Assembly: GCF_000026545.1 (NCBI RefSeq)
Contig: NC_011601.1
Source of the DNA: Escherichia coli O127:H6 str. E2348/69
Lineage (GTDB): Bacteria; Pseudomonadota; Gammaproteobacteria; Enterobacterales; Enterobacteriaceae
Length of the DNA: 64,000 nt
Strand: one strand, 5' to 3'
Positions 10,175 to 20,559 of the stretch are shown piece after piece. A model generated the notes under the pieces. It did not search any database. It worked only from the letters and a program-made list of their open reading frames with translations, and was not told where the DNA came from. Position numbers and translations under genes: made by a program. Position 1 is the first letter of the stretch; each line of letters starts with the position of its first letter.

Positions 10175-10909
10175 TTACCCTTCGTGTAATCCACATTCCC
10201 TTTTTAAGCCAAAGAAACGCGTTTCTTCTTCCGCCATGCCGGGTTCCCATTTACGGGTTGTATGGGTATCGCCCACCGATAAATATCCTTCATCCCATAA
10301 TGGGTGATATTTCAGGCCATGTTTTTGCAGGTACTGATAAATAGTTCGGTTATCCCAGTCGATAATCGGCAGCACTTTAAATACGCCACGCTGAATTGCC
10401 AGCACCGGTAAATTGGCGCGACTGCCGGATTGTTCACGGCGCAGGCCAGCAAACCAGGTTTGCGCATTCAGTTCTTTCAGCGCCCGGTTCATCGGTTCGA
10501 CTTTGTTGATGTCATTGTACTTTTCAATGCCTTCAACGCCCTGCTCCCACAGTTTGCCGTAGCGTGCTTCCTGCCAGGCGGCGCTTTCGGTAGCACGATA
10601 CACTTTCAGGTTGAGCTTGAGTTTGTCCGTTAACTCGTCAATAAAGCGGTAGGTTTCCGGGAACAGATAGCCGGTATCGGTGAGGATCACTGGAATATCC
10701 GGGCGAATCTGATTCACCAGATGCAGACTCACCGCCGCCTGAATGCCAAAGCTGGAAGAAAGTACATATTCACCGGGCAGATTATCCAGCGCCCAGGCTA
10801 CGCGGCCTTCAGCGTCCAGTTTTTCCAGTTGGGCGTTAGTTTCCGCCAGCGCCAGAATCCGGTCTACCTTTGGCAGTTCGTTCAGGGCGTTTAGATCGAG
10901 TTTGGACAT
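10175..10909 (-). CDS. cysH: phosphoadenosine phosphosulfate (PAPS) reductase
   Basis: Track ORF 10175..11062. The conserved start [21 protein letters not shown] is Met52 of that ORF, giving 244 aa. It has the C-terminal ECGLH motif. The upstream extension runs through a REP element and is not coding. Confidence 0.95.
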
Positions 10910-10930
10910 AAGTTCCTCACTGTTTGCCTT

Positions 10931-10966
10931 GCCTGATGCAACGCTTACACGTCTTATCAGGCCTAC
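10931..10966. repeat. REP (repetitive extragenic palindrome) between cysI and cysH
   Basis: GCCTGATGCAACGCTTACACGTCTTATCAGGCCTAC, the canonical REP consensus (GCCTGATGCG...CTTATCAGGCCTAC). Confidence 0.85.
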
Positions 10967-10982
10967 AAGACCAGGCTGATGG

Positions 10983-12695
10983 TTAATCCCACAAATCGCG
11001 CGCCGGATCGAGCACCGGGCGAATGATGCCCGCACGCACCGTAAAGTCGCCGAAGCCTTCACCCACTTCGCGCTCTTTCGCCCAGCGCCCTATCAGTTCA
11101 TCAAGCGACGCCAGGATTTCCGACTCGGTGATGTTTTCTTTATACATCCGTGGGATACGTGTCCCAATGCGGTTGCCGCCAAGATGCAGGTTGTAGCGAC
11201 CCGGCGCTTTCCCCACCAGACCCACTTCCGCCAGCATCGCGCGACCACAACCGTTCGGGCAGCCTGTTACACGCATCACGATATGCTCATCGCTGACACC
11301 ATGTTTCGCCATTAAATTATCGATGTTGTCGATAAAAGACGGCAGGAAACGCTCCGCTTCCGCCATCGCCAGCGGGCAAGTCGGGAATGACACGCAGGCC
11401 ATTGAGTTTTCACGCTGCGGCGTGACGGCATTCATTAACCCGCTCTCTTTGGCGATCTTCTCGATCTTCGCTTTCTCGCTTTCCGGCACGCCGGCGATGA
11501 TCAGATTCTGGTTCGCCGTAATGCGGAAATCACCTTTGTGGATCTTCGCGATCTCCAGCAGGCCAGTTTTCAGCGGGCGCCCCGGATAATCAAGAATTCG
11601 ACCATTTTCGATAAACAGCGTCAGGTGCCAGTTATCATCAATGCCCTTAACCCAGCCAATACGATCGCCGCGTCCGGTAAACTCATACGGGCGAATCGGC
11701 TCGAATTTGATCCCCGCGCGACGCTCAACTTCCGCTTTAAACGTCTCAACCCCCACGCGCTCCAGCGTGTATTTGGTTTTGGCATTTTTACGATCGGTTC
11801 GGTTACCCCAGTCACGCTGAGTCGTCACGACGGCTTCTGCCACCGCCAGCGTATGCTCCAGCGGCAGATAACCAAACTCACTCGCCGTGCGGGCGTAGGT
11901 TTTCTTGTTGCCGTGCTCGATGGAAAGCCCACCGCCCACCAGCAGGTTAAAGCCCACCAGCTTGCCGTTTTCGGCGATCGCCACGAAGTTCATGTCGTTG
12001 GCGTGCAGATCGATATCGTTCTGCGGCGGGATCACTACCGTGGTTTTGAACTTACGCGGCAAATAAGTCTGACCGAGGATCGGTTCTTCATCGGTGGTGG
12101 CGACTTTTTCCTGATCGAGCCAGATCTCCGCATACGCGCGGGTACGCGGCAGCAGATGTTCAGAAATTTTCTTCGCCCATTCATATGCTTCCGCATGCAG
12201 CTGCGACTCGTAAGGGTTCGAGGTGCAGAGTACGTTACGGTTCATGTCGTTGGCGGTCGCCAGCGCATCAAGACCGACCGAGTGCAGCATCTGATGCACC
12301 GGTTTGACGTTCTTTTTCAGAATGCCGTGGAACTGGAATGTCTGGCGGTTGGTCAGGCGAATGCTGCCATAGATGGTGTTTTCACCGGCAAATTTGTCGA
12401 TCGCCTGCCACTGTTTAGTGGTAATCACCCCACCCGGCAGACGACAGCGAAGCAGCATCGCGTGACGTGGTTCCAGCTTCTGTTCAGCACGTTCGGCGCG
12501 GATGTCGCGGTCATCCTGCTGATACATGCCGTGGAAGCGGATCAACAGGAAGTTATCACCCTTAAAGCCGCCGGTCAGACCGTCATTTAAATCTTCCGCA
12601 ATGGTGCCGCGCAGGTAGTTGCTTTCAAGCTTCATGCGCTCGGCGTCTGTCAGTTTTCCTTCGACCACTAAAGGTCCTGGATGTTTTTCGCTCAT
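10983..12695 (-). CDS. cysI: sulfite reductase hemoprotein beta subunit
   Basis: 570-aa ORF of the siroheme/4Fe-4S nitrite-sulfite reductase family ([16 protein letters not shown] ... TGCPNGCGR). Confidence 0.97.
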
Positions 12696-14494
12696 TAGTA
12701 GACATCTCGCTGATAACGGCGCTCTACGCGCAGCTCACTTAAAAATTCATCCGCCGCTTCGGTGTCCATGCCACCAAATTCGGCAATCACTTCCAGAAGT
12801 GCCTGCTCAACGTCTTTCGCCATGCGATTAGCGTCGCCGCAGACATAAATGTGGGCACCGTCATTGATCCAGCGCCACAGCTCTGCGCCCTGTTCGCGCA
12901 GTTTGTCTTGTACGTAAATTTTTTCTTTTTGATCGCGCGACCAGGCGAGATCGATGCGCGTCAGCACGCCTTCTTTGACGTAACGCTGCCATTCCACCTG
13001 GTAGAGGAAATCTTCCGTAAAGTGTGGGTTGCCAAAGAATAGCCAGTTTTTACCCGGCGCTTCGTCGGCAGCACGCTGCTGCATAAAGGCACGGAACGGC
13101 GCGATGCCGGTGCCAGGGCCAATCATGATCACCGGGGTTTCCGGATTGGTTGGCAGGCGGAAGTTGTCGTTATGTTCGATAAAGACGCGGACTTCACCCT
13201 CTTCTTCCACACGATCCGCGAGGAAGCTGGAGGCACCACCGGCACGGGCGCGGCCTTCCACGTCGCAACGCACCACACCAACGGTAACGTGCACTTCGTT
13301 CTCGACTTCCGCCTGCGAGGAGGCGATGGAATACAGGCGCGGGGTCAGCGGGCGCAGCAGATTAATCAGCGCTTCGGCATCCAGTTGCGCCGGAGAGAAA
13401 CGCACCATGTCGACAATCGGCGTCGTCGCGGCGTAATGCTGTAATTTCGCTTTATCGCCCACCAGCGGCAGCAGCGTTTCGCTGCGGGTAAGCGTGGCAT
13501 AGTTCTCAACAATGTTGGCGGTGTTAACGGTCAGTTCGAAGTGCCACTGTAGCGCTTCGTTCAGAGGCAACGTTTTGCCCTCGACGGTGACAGGTTCATC
13601 GCCTTTCAGCCACAGCAGTTCGACAAGTTCTTTCACCAGTGCCGGATCGTTCTGATACCAGACGCCCAGCGCGTCACCCGGCTGGTAACGCAGGCCAGAG
13701 TCACCTAAGTCAATTTCAATGTGACGAACGTCTTTTTCAGAGTTACGCCCGGTAATTTTCTGGTTAACAGAGAGGCTCGCCACCAGCGGCGCGTCTTTGC
13801 TATACGGGCTGGTGTGGATTTCATTTACCGTGCCAGTAGCGACGGATTGCGAAGGTGCCGCGACAGGCGCACGCGATTTAAGCGCATCAACCACGCGGGC
13901 GCGCCACTCGCTGGCAGCAGCCTGGTATTCAACATCGGCATCGACACGGTCGAGCAGGCGTTCACCGCCCAGTTCCGCCAGCTTACTGTCAAAATCTTTC
14001 CCGGACTGGCAGAAAAATTCATAAGAGCTATCGCCGAGGCTAAACACGGCAAACGCGGTGTTTTCCAGCTTTGACGCTTTTTTGGAGAACAGGAACTTAT
14101 GCAGCGCGACGGCTTCTTCCGGCGGTTCCCCTTCCCCTTGCGTTGACGTCACCACGATAAGCAGTTTTTCGCTGGCGATTTGTTTGAATTTATAGTCACC
14201 CGCGTTCACCAGCTTAACGTTCAGTTTTGCCGCTAATAAATCATCGCGTAATGCTTCAGCAACCCGGCGCGCATTGCCGGTTTGCGAGGCGGAGATAATA
14301 GTTATACCCGGCATTTCTGCGGCGGGCGCTGGCGTCGCTGCAAGCGCAGCAGGCTGCTGGTTGAGCACGCCCCAGAAATAGCCAGAAACCCAGGCAAGCA
14401 GGGTAGGAGTTAAATCGGTCGTGGCCGCCTGAAGGCGTGCCAGTTGCTCCGGGTTCAACGGAAGCAACGCGGAAGGTGGGACCTGTGTCGTCAT
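12695..14494 (-). CDS. cysJ: sulfite reductase flavoprotein alpha subunit
   Basis: 599-aa ORF with flavodoxin-like and FAD/NADPH (CPR-like) domains ([20 protein letters not shown]). Confidence 0.97.
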   Translation of the reverse strand: MTTQVPPSALLPLNPEQLARLQAATTDLTPTLLAWVSGYFWGVLNQQPAALAATPAPAAEMPGITIISASQTGNARRVAEALRDDLLAAKLNVKLVNAGDYKFKQIASEKLLIVVTSTQGEGEPPEEAVALHKFLFSKKASKLENTAFAVFSLGDSSYEFFCQSGKDFDSKLAELGGERLLDRVDADVEYQAAASEWRARVVDALKSRAPVAAPSQSVATGTVNEIHTSPYSKDAPLVASLSVNQKITGRNSEKDVRHIEIDLGDSGLRYQPGDALGVWYQNDPALVKELVELLWLKGDEPVTVEGKTLPLNEALQWHFELTVNTANIVENYATLTRSETLLPLVGDKAKLQHYAATTPIVDMVRFSPAQLDAEALINLLRPLTPRLYSIASSQAEVENEVHVTVGVVRCDVEGRARAGGASSFLADRVEEEGEVRVFIEHNDNFRLPTNPETPVIMIGPGTGIAPFRAFMQQRAADEAPGKNWLFFGNPHFTEDFLYQVEWQRYVKEGVLTRIDLAWSRDQKEKIYVQDKLREQGAELWRWINDGAHIYVCGDANRMAKDVEQALLEVIAEFGGMDTEAADEFLSELRVERRYQRDVY

Positions 14495-14809
14495 GCGTTG
14501 TTATGTTCCAGTAAGCAAAGCTGTTTCTGCGCCCTGTCAGCGCCCATAAAACAGAAGAGAAGGTAAGGTTAACGGGGTGAACGGTGTGGATTAAAGACGG
14601 GATAGCGATAACTAATAACCAAATCGACTAACCTGTTTTAGCAATAGTCTTTAACAACAAAATAGATTAACCAACCCAATGAAAAACAAATGAATATTGC
14701 CCATCAATAAGATAAATCAGCGATTTTGCGCAACAAAGTCGTTTTAGATAATGCGAAAAAACAGCCTTTCCGGTACTCTACGGCGGTTTTATCGTCATGT
14801 AGAGAAATT

Positions 14810-15175
14810 ATGATGTCCACCACGTTATTTAAAGATTTCACCTTCGAAGCCGCTCACCGCTTGCCGCATGTCCCACAAGGGCATAAATGTGGTCGCCTGC
14901 ACGGGCATTCCTTTATGGTGCGACTGGAAATTACCGGGGAAGTCGATCCGCATACGGGCTGGATTATCGATTTCGCTGAACTGAAAGCGGCGTTTAAACC
15001 AACTTATGAGCGCCTCGATCACCATTATCTCAATGATATTCCAGGTCTGGAAAACCCAACCAGCGAAGTTTTAGCAAAATGGATTTGGGATCAGGTTAAA
15101 CCCGTTGTGCCGCTGTTAAGTGCGGTGATGGTAAAAGAAACCTGCACCGCAGGTTGTATCTATCGCGGCGAATGA
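14810..15175 (+). CDS. queD: 6-carboxy-5,6,7,8-tetrahydropterin synthase
   Basis: Track ORF 14726..15175. The K-12-like start [22 protein letters not shown] is at Met29, giving 121 aa. It has the His/Cys catalytic pattern [11 protein letters not shown]. Confidence 0.92.
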   Translation: MMSTTLFKDFTFEAAHRLPHVPQGHKCGRLHGHSFMVRLEITGEVDPHTGWIIDFAELKAAFKPTYERLDHHYLNDIPGLENPTSEVLAKWIWDQVKPVVPLLSAVMVKETCTAGCIYRGE

Positions 15176-15252
15176 TAAGAGTGTGTCGGCGGTCAATTTC
15201 CCTTAAGTAACGCTATGTTAGGGTGTTGTGTTCTGGATATCTGGGGCATGAC

Positions 15253-16524
15253 ATGGAAGACGACTGCGACATTATTATTATCGGTGCCGGAATTGCTGGC
15301 ACCGCTTGCGCGTTACGCTGCGCGCGAGCGGGTTTATCCGTTTTGTTACTGGAACGAGCGGAGATTCCCGGCAGCAAAAATCTTTCCGGCGGGCGGCTAT
15401 ACACTCATGCGCTCGCGGAACTCCTCCCGCAATTTCACCTGACCGCGCCTCTTGAACGACGCATCACTCACGAAAGTCTTTCTCTGTTAACGCAAGATGG
15501 CGCAACGACGTTTTCCAGCTTACAGCCCGGCGGTGAATCCTGGAGTGTATTACGTGCACGATTCGATCCGTGGCTGGTTGCCGAAGCCGAAAAAGAAGGT
15601 GTCGAATGCATCCCCGGTGCGACGGTAGATGCACTGTATGAAGAAAACGGCAGGGTGTGTGGTGTCATTTGTGGTGACGATATTCTTCGCGCCCGTTATG
15701 TGGTGCTGGCAGAAGGTGCCAACAGCGTCCTGGCGGAACGCCACGGGTTAGTGACTCGTCCTGCTGGCGAAGCGATGGCATTGGGGATCAAAGAAGCGCT
15801 GGCGCTGGAACCATCCGCTATTGAAGAACGTTTTCATCTGGAGAATAACGAAGGCGCAGCGTTGCTGTTCAGCGGCGGAATCTGTGATGACTTACCCGGC
15901 GGCGCATTTCTTTATACTAATCAACAAACGCTCTCGTTAGGGATTGTTTGCCCGCTCTCCTCCCTTACGCAAAGTCGTGTTCCGGCAAGCGAGCTGCTGG
16001 CTCGCTTTAAAACGCATCCGGCAGTGCGCCCGCTTATCAAAAACACGGAATCACTGGAGTATGGTGCGCATCTGGTGCCAGAAGGTGGCCTGCGCAGTAT
16101 GCCGGTGCAATACGCCGGTAACGGCTGGCTGCTGGTGGGCGATGCGTTGCGCAGTTGCGTCAATACCGGAATTTCCGTGCGCGGTATGGATATGGCGCTA
16201 ACTGGCGCGCAGGCGGCGGCACAAACGCTGATAAGCGCCTGCCAGCACCGCGAGCCGCAAAATCTGTTTCCGCTTTATCATCACAACGTAGAGCGCAGCC
16301 TGCTGTGGGATGTTCTACAGCGTTATCAGCATGTTCCGGCGCTTTTGCAACGCCCTGGCTGGTATCGGGTGTGGCCTGGGTTAATGCAGGATATTTCCCG
16401 TGATTTATGGGATCAGGGGAATACACCTGTTCCACCGCTGCGCCAGTTGCTCTGGCGTCATTTACGTCGTCACGGCCTGTGGCATCTGACGGGCGATGTT
16501 ATCAGGAGTCTGCGATGTCTGTAG
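15253..16524 (+). CDS. ygcN: FixC-like FAD-dependent oxidoreductase (ETF-quinone oxidoreductase family)
   Basis: Track ORF from 15223. The likely start is MEDDCDIIIIGAGIAGTACA (dinucleotide-binding GxGxxG). Confidence 0.88.
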   Translation: MEDDCDIIIIGAGIAGTACALRCARAGLSVLLLERAEIPGSKNLSGGRLYTHALAELLPQFHLTAPLERRITHESLSLLTQDGATTFSSLQPGGESWSVLRARFDPWLVAEAEKEGVECIPGATVDALYEENGRVCGVICGDDILRARYVVLAEGANSVLAERHGLVTRPAGEAMALGIKEALALEPSAIEERFHLENNEGAALLFSGGICDDLPGGAFLYTNQQTLSLGIVCPLSSLTQSRVPASELLARFKTHPAVRPLIKNTESLEYGAHLVPEGGLRSMPVQYAGNGWLLVGDALRSCVNTGISVRGMDMALTGAQAAAQTLISACQHREPQNLFPLYHHNVERSLLWDVLQRYQHVPALLQRPGWYRVWPGLMQDISRDLWDQGNTPVPPLRQLLWRHLRRHGLWHLTGDVIRSLRCL

Positions 16525-16775
16525 CCCGTAATCTCTGGCGCGCTGCCGATGCGCCGCACATTGTTCCGGCTGACTCCGTTGAGCGCCAGACGGCACAACG
16601 GTTGATTAACGCCTGTCCAGCAGGTCTTTTTTCGCTCACACCTGAAGGTGGCTTACGTGTTGATTATCACGGCTGCCTGGAGTGTGGCGCCTGCCGTTTG
16701 CTGTGCGACGAATCAACACTACAACAGTGGCGCTATCCGCCTTCCGGATTCGGCATCACCTACCGCTTTGGATAA
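16515..16775 (+). CDS. ygcO: FixX-like ferredoxin
   Basis: 86-aa product starting MSVARNLW (Met37 of track ORF 16407..16775). It has a Cys cluster CLECGACRLLC. It overlaps the ygcN end by 10 nt. Confidence 0.85.
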   Translation: MSVARNLWRAADAPHIVPADSVERQTAQRLINACPAGLFSLTPEGGLRVDYHGCLECGACRLLCDESTLQQWRYPPSGFGITYRFG

Positions 16776-16791
16776 ATAATAAGGATAATTT

Positions 16792-17367
16792 ATGCCCCTC
16801 TTACACCTGCTCCGCCAGAATCCGGTGATTGCTGCCGTTAAAGATAATGCCAGCCTGCAACTGGCAATCGACTCTGAATGCCAGTTTATTTCCGTGTTGT
16901 ACGGCAATATCTGCACCATTAGTAATATCGTTAAAAAGATTAAGAACGCCGGGAAATATGCTTTTATTCATGTTGATTTGCTGGAAGGCGCGTCAAATAA
17001 AGAAGTGGTGATTCAGTTTTTGAAACTGGTGACCGAGGCGGACGGAATTATCAGTACCAAAGCCTCAATGCTGAAAGCAGCAAGAGCGGAAGGTTTTTTC
17101 TGTATTCATCGACTGTTTATTGTTGATTCGATTTCGTTTCACAACATTGATAAGCAAGTTGCGCAATCGAATCCGGATTGTATTGAGATCCTGCCAGGCT
17201 GCATGCCTAAAGTGCTGGGCTGGGTGACGGACAAAATCCGCCAACCGCTGATTGCTGGCGGGCTGGTGTGCGATGAAGAAGATGCGCGTAATGCGATTAA
17301 CGCGGGTGTTGTGGCGCTTTCCACCACGAATACTGGGGTCTGGACGTTAGCGAAAAAATTGCTTTGA
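16792..17367 (+). CDS. ygcP: GlpP-family (glycerol-3-phosphate-responsive-type) transcription antiterminator homologue
   Basis: 191-aa ORF, the last gene of ygcNOP. The family assignment is from memory of the K-12 annotation. Confidence 0.8.
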   Translation: MPLLHLLRQNPVIAAVKDNASLQLAIDSECQFISVLYGNICTISNIVKKIKNAGKYAFIHVDLLEGASNKEVVIQFLKLVTEADGIISTKASMLKAARAEGFFCIHRLFIVDSISFHNIDKQVAQSNPDCIEILPGCMPKVLGWVTDKIRQPLIAGGLVCDEEDARNAINAGVVALSTTNTGVWTLAKKLL

Positions 17368-17403
17368 CGGGATAATCGTAACAAGTTGAATTTGGTGTGA
17401 TTT

Positions 17404-17470
17404 GTAGGCTGCACGCCACATCCGACATCCAGCGCCTGATGCGACGCTTGACGCGTCTTATCAGGCCTAC
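17404..17470. repeat. REP/BIME cluster between ygcP and ygcQ
   Basis: GTAGGCTGCACGCCACATCCGACATCC...GCCTGATGCGACGCTTGACGCGTCTTATCAGGCCTAC. Confidence 0.85.
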
Positions 17471-17514
17471 AAGTCCCCAGCCCAGAACCATCGGCAGGAT
17501 CATCCGGCAGCACG

Positions 17515-18375
17515 TTATTGGCAATCTGCGTGAATGTTTGTCACCAGTGCCTCCAGCACCACTTTCCAGTCATCAATCACGCCAACATCTGCCTGTGAAA
17601 ATACCGCTGCACTGGCGTCATGATTAATCGCCACCACAAACTTGCTATTGCGTACGCCCGCCATTAACGCTGCTGCGCCGGAAGCGCCAACAACAATACA
17701 CACCTCAGGTGCCAGCAGATGTCCGGAAATACCAATCACTTTTTCGGCATCAACGCCACCGTTCATCACTCGTGCCCGACTGTAGCCCACTTCGGCTCCC
17801 ATCTTTTCTGCCAGCATAGCGATTTCCTGGTTATCTGCCTCTCCGCCCTGCCCCACCACCAGCACCCGTCTGGCCTCAGCTAATGGGTCACGGGTAACAT
17901 TTTTCAGGTTTTCTATGCTGATAAGCCAGTCTGGAAGCGCGCCGGGGACAATGTTCAGTTGCTGCATCCCAGAGGGCAACGTGGCGTTTTTATCTGCTCC
18001 CGCCTGACGTGCCAGCGAAAGGCATAGCGGGCGTTTTTCTGTTTGCAGCGTCGCCGTTAGCGCATTTCCCCAGTGGGATTTGCGCACGCTTACGGTTGGA
18101 ATATCTAACGAAGTCACCTGGCAGATGCTTGCACCATGTAAACGCCAGGCCAGCCGGGTCGACAGTTCATCGCCAAACGTTCCCGGCGGAAAGAGAACAA
18201 CGTCCGCAGGCGTTCGTTGCCACTGTTCCACCAGCACATCCAGCACCTGTTCCGCAACCATCGGCTGTGGTTCTATTTGCCAATGTGCCAGGGTACAACC
18301 GCTGAAATCCTGCGCCGCCAGCCAGCTCGCTATTGCGGCATGTTCCTGATTTATTGTCACAATTGCGATATTCAT
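17515..18375 (-). CDS. ygcQ: electron transfer flavoprotein alpha subunit homologue (FixB-like)
   Basis: Track ORF 17515..18408. The start is taken at MNIAIVTINQEH (Met12), which makes an ATGA overlap with the ygcR stop. Confidence 0.88.
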   Translation of the reverse strand: MNIAIVTINQEHAAIASWLAAQDFSGCTLAHWQIEPQPMVAEQVLDVLVEQWQRTPADVVLFPPGTFGDELSTRLAWRLHGASICQVTSLDIPTVSVRKSHWGNALTATLQTEKRPLCLSLARQAGADKNATLPSGMQQLNIVPGALPDWLISIENLKNVTRDPLAEARRVLVVGQGGEADNQEIAMLAEKMGAEVGYSRARVMNGGVDAEKVIGISGHLLAPEVCIVVGASGAAALMAGVRNSKFVVAINHDASAAVFSQADVGVIDDWKVVLEALVTNIHADCQ

Positions 18376-19151
18376 GGCTGCATCCTTTGGCGTAAATAGT
18401 CCTGCCATAGCTTTTGCGCTTTTTCTGCTACCGTTTGCCCATCAATCAGCGCCGCTCTGCGTCGTTGCTCTGGCCTTGCCAGTTGCAGGCACTGTATCGC
18501 TGGCGCTTCCGCGGCAACAGTTTCGCGGGTAATCTCCGCTTTCCCCGCCGCCATTCGCTGGCGCATTCCCGGTACTGGCAAGGCCACTTCACCACACTGA
18601 CGCACGGCAATCACCGCAGGCAAGCGAACCCGGCAACAGCGTACCCCATGTTCAGTACGCTGTTCGAGGGTGATAAACGGTGCGTCGAGAGTAAAGCGCT
18701 CCACCTGGGTGAAGCAGGGCCAGACCAGCATTTCCGCCAGCAAAAATGGCGTTTGCCCATTCTGCCCTTCGCTGCTTTGGCAGCCAGTAATTATCAGATC
18801 CAGCGGATTCTGGTACTGCCATTCGGCAATATGGCGAGCGACAAATTCCGGCGCAAAGCACAGATCTGCCGCCGTCTCCAGCAATACAGCGTCCTCAAAC
18901 CCAAGAGCCATGAGATAGCGCAGCCAGTGCAACGCCCGTTCATCCCCCATGCTCAACGCGGTTAAAGACATCGGCGTACCGTTTTTTCTCTGCGCCAACA
19001 GCAGCGCGGCGGCAGCCTGTTCATCGGCACCGAGTAAACTTCGCAGAAGCGAAACATCCGGTCCGATATTACCCTGAGCCGCCGCCTGCCACTCTTTTTC
19101 CGCCAGCATTCCGGCATCCGGTTCGGCTTTAAACGCTAACAGAATGTTCAT
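18372..19151 (-). CDS. ygcR: electron transfer flavoprotein beta subunit homologue (FixA-like)
   Basis: Track ORF 18372..19157. The start is taken at MNILLAFKAEPD. Confidence 0.88.
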   Translation of the reverse strand: MNILLAFKAEPDAGMLAEKEWQAAAQGNIGPDVSLLRSLLGADEQAAAALLLAQRKNGTPMSLTALSMGDERALHWLRYLMALGFEDAVLLETAADLCFAPEFVARHIAEWQYQNPLDLIITGCQSSEGQNGQTPFLLAEMLVWPCFTQVERFTLDAPFITLEQRTEHGVRCCRVRLPAVIAVRQCGEVALPVPGMRQRMAAGKAEITRETVAAEAPAIQCLQLARPEQRRRAALIDGQTVAEKAQKLWQDYLRQRMQP

Positions 19152-20466
19152 TCGCACCTCCTACATTTCCCGCCGCCACCAGCGGGAGTGCTTTGGTTTC
19201 TGGTGCCCATAGCCAGGTCACAACAAAACCAACCAACAACACTGCCGCCAGGAGCAATAAGGTGACTTGCATTCCCCACTGCGCCAGCACCCACGGCAGC
19301 AGGCCCGTACTTACTGCCGCGCCCAACCGACTCATGGCGGTGGCAAAACCGACGCCCAGCGAGCGAATGTCAGTAGGAAAACTTTCCGCAGGCAAAATGC
19401 CCACCAGATTACTGACTGCCGAAATGGTGGTGCTGAAGAGAACAAAAAGCAGCAGCGTTAATGAACTGCCGGAAGGCAAACAGGCCATCACTACCAGCGT
19501 TGCCGCCAGCAGCAAAAAACTTCCCAGTAAAAATCTGCGATGTGCCAGCAGGTGCGTCAGAACTAATCCCAGCAGCGCGCCCACAATTAACAACGCATTA
19601 AGCATCAGGCTGGCAGTCAGCGCATCTTCCAGACCAATAGTTTGGGCGATGGTCGGCAGCCAGGTATAAATCACAAACCATGGGATTACGAGGCAGACAA
19701 AGAAGACGCTGTTAAACGCCGTGCGCCGCCAGTAGCGCGAAGAGAACAAGGTTTTGATGTGTTTATGGGTCGCCGTTGCCACTTCATCGCCCAGTAAAAC
19801 ATGCGGGCCAAAATAGCGATGAACGATAGCGTGAGCTTCTGCAAAACGCCCCTGGCGCAGTAGCCAGCGTGGCGATTCCGGCGTGCCCCAACGTAGCAGC
19901 GTAATCAGCAAAGCTGGTAACGCCGCTGATGCCAGCAGCCAGCGCCAGGCCTCCGGGCTTTCGGAAATAAAGTGATGTCCGGCAATACTTGCCAGCACAT
20001 AGCCTACGGTCCACACCACACTGAATGCGCCCAGCAAAATACCGCGATGGCGGCGCGGGGAAAATTCAGCCAGCAAGGTGTGACCGACTGAGTAATCGCC
20101 TCCCAGACCAATGCCGATCAAAATGCGCAATCCAATAAGATGCTCTGGCGTGGTGGCAAAAAATTGCAAGAACGAAGCGAGCGTAATCAGCATAAAACTG
20201 AAGGTGAAGATTTTTTGCCGCCCGATATGGTCGGAGATCCACCCCAAAACCAGGCTGCCAAGAAACAAACCAAGTAACGCCGAGCCGCCGATCATTCCCG
20301 CCATAAACGGCGTCAGTTGCATGGCGGGCGTAAGCTGAATAATGGCGTAACCAATGACGCCGAGAACATAACCGTCGGTCAGGTGTGCGCCGAAAGTGAG
20401 CGCAGCAATGCGGCAGTGAAAACGGTTAAGTGGTAAATCATCCATTCGCACCGGTGAAGTGTTCAT
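19129..20466 (-). CDS. ygcS: MFS sugar-porter-family transporter
   Basis: Track ORF 19129..20556. The K-12-like start MNTSPVRMDDLPLNRFH is at Met31, giving 445 aa. About 12 predicted TM segments and the GRQK/PESPRWL sugar-porter motifs. Confidence 0.88.
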   Translation of the reverse strand: MNTSPVRMDDLPLNRFHCRIAALTFGAHLTDGYVLGVIGYAIIQLTPAMQLTPFMAGMIGGSALLGLFLGSLVLGWISDHIGRQKIFTFSFMLITLASFLQFFATTPEHLIGLRILIGIGLGGDYSVGHTLLAEFSPRRHRGILLGAFSVVWTVGYVLASIAGHHFISESPEAWRWLLASAALPALLITLLRWGTPESPRWLLRQGRFAEAHAIVHRYFGPHVLLGDEVATATHKHIKTLFSSRYWRRTAFNSVFFVCLVIPWFVIYTWLPTIAQTIGLEDALTASLMLNALLIVGALLGLVLTHLLAHRRFLLGSFLLLAATLVVMACLPSGSSLTLLLFVLFSTTISAVSNLVGILPAESFPTDIRSLGVGFATAMSRLGAAVSTGLLPWVLAQWGMQVTLLLLAAVLLVGFVVTWLWAPETKALPLVAAGNVGGANEHSVSV

Positions 20467-20559
20467 CTTTACCCCTTCATTGTCCGGTAATAAGAACGGC
20501 TTCTCGCCTGAGAAGCCGAAAAGGCAACGCCCTGTCATCGAGGAACGCTGCCTCACACA

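Noticed and set aside
10910-11062. N-terminal 51-codon extension of the cysH ORF ([17 protein letters not shown]...)
   Set aside because: The extension is translated REP-element sequence and overlaps the cysI 3' end. The conserved CysH N-terminus starts at Met52 with its own ribosome-binding context.
11538-12590. 350-aa plus-strand ORF. Similar long antisense ORFs lie at 20653-21579, 34783-35778, 37039-37641, 46437-47363 and 47360-48070.
   Set aside because: Each is antisense to a confidently identified gene (cysI, ygcU, eno, pyrG, gudD, gudX). None has a recognisable motif or a Shine-Dalgarno sequence. They are shadow ORFs.
16407-16514. Long upstream extension of the ygcO ORF, and similar extensions for ygcN (15223), ygcS (20556), ygcW (22944), ygcQ (18408), gudD (47360), xni (58914) and queD (14726)
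   Set aside because: In each case the extension overlaps the preceding gene or an intergenic regulatory element, and the remembered K-12 N-terminus begins at an internal start codon. I used the internal starts.
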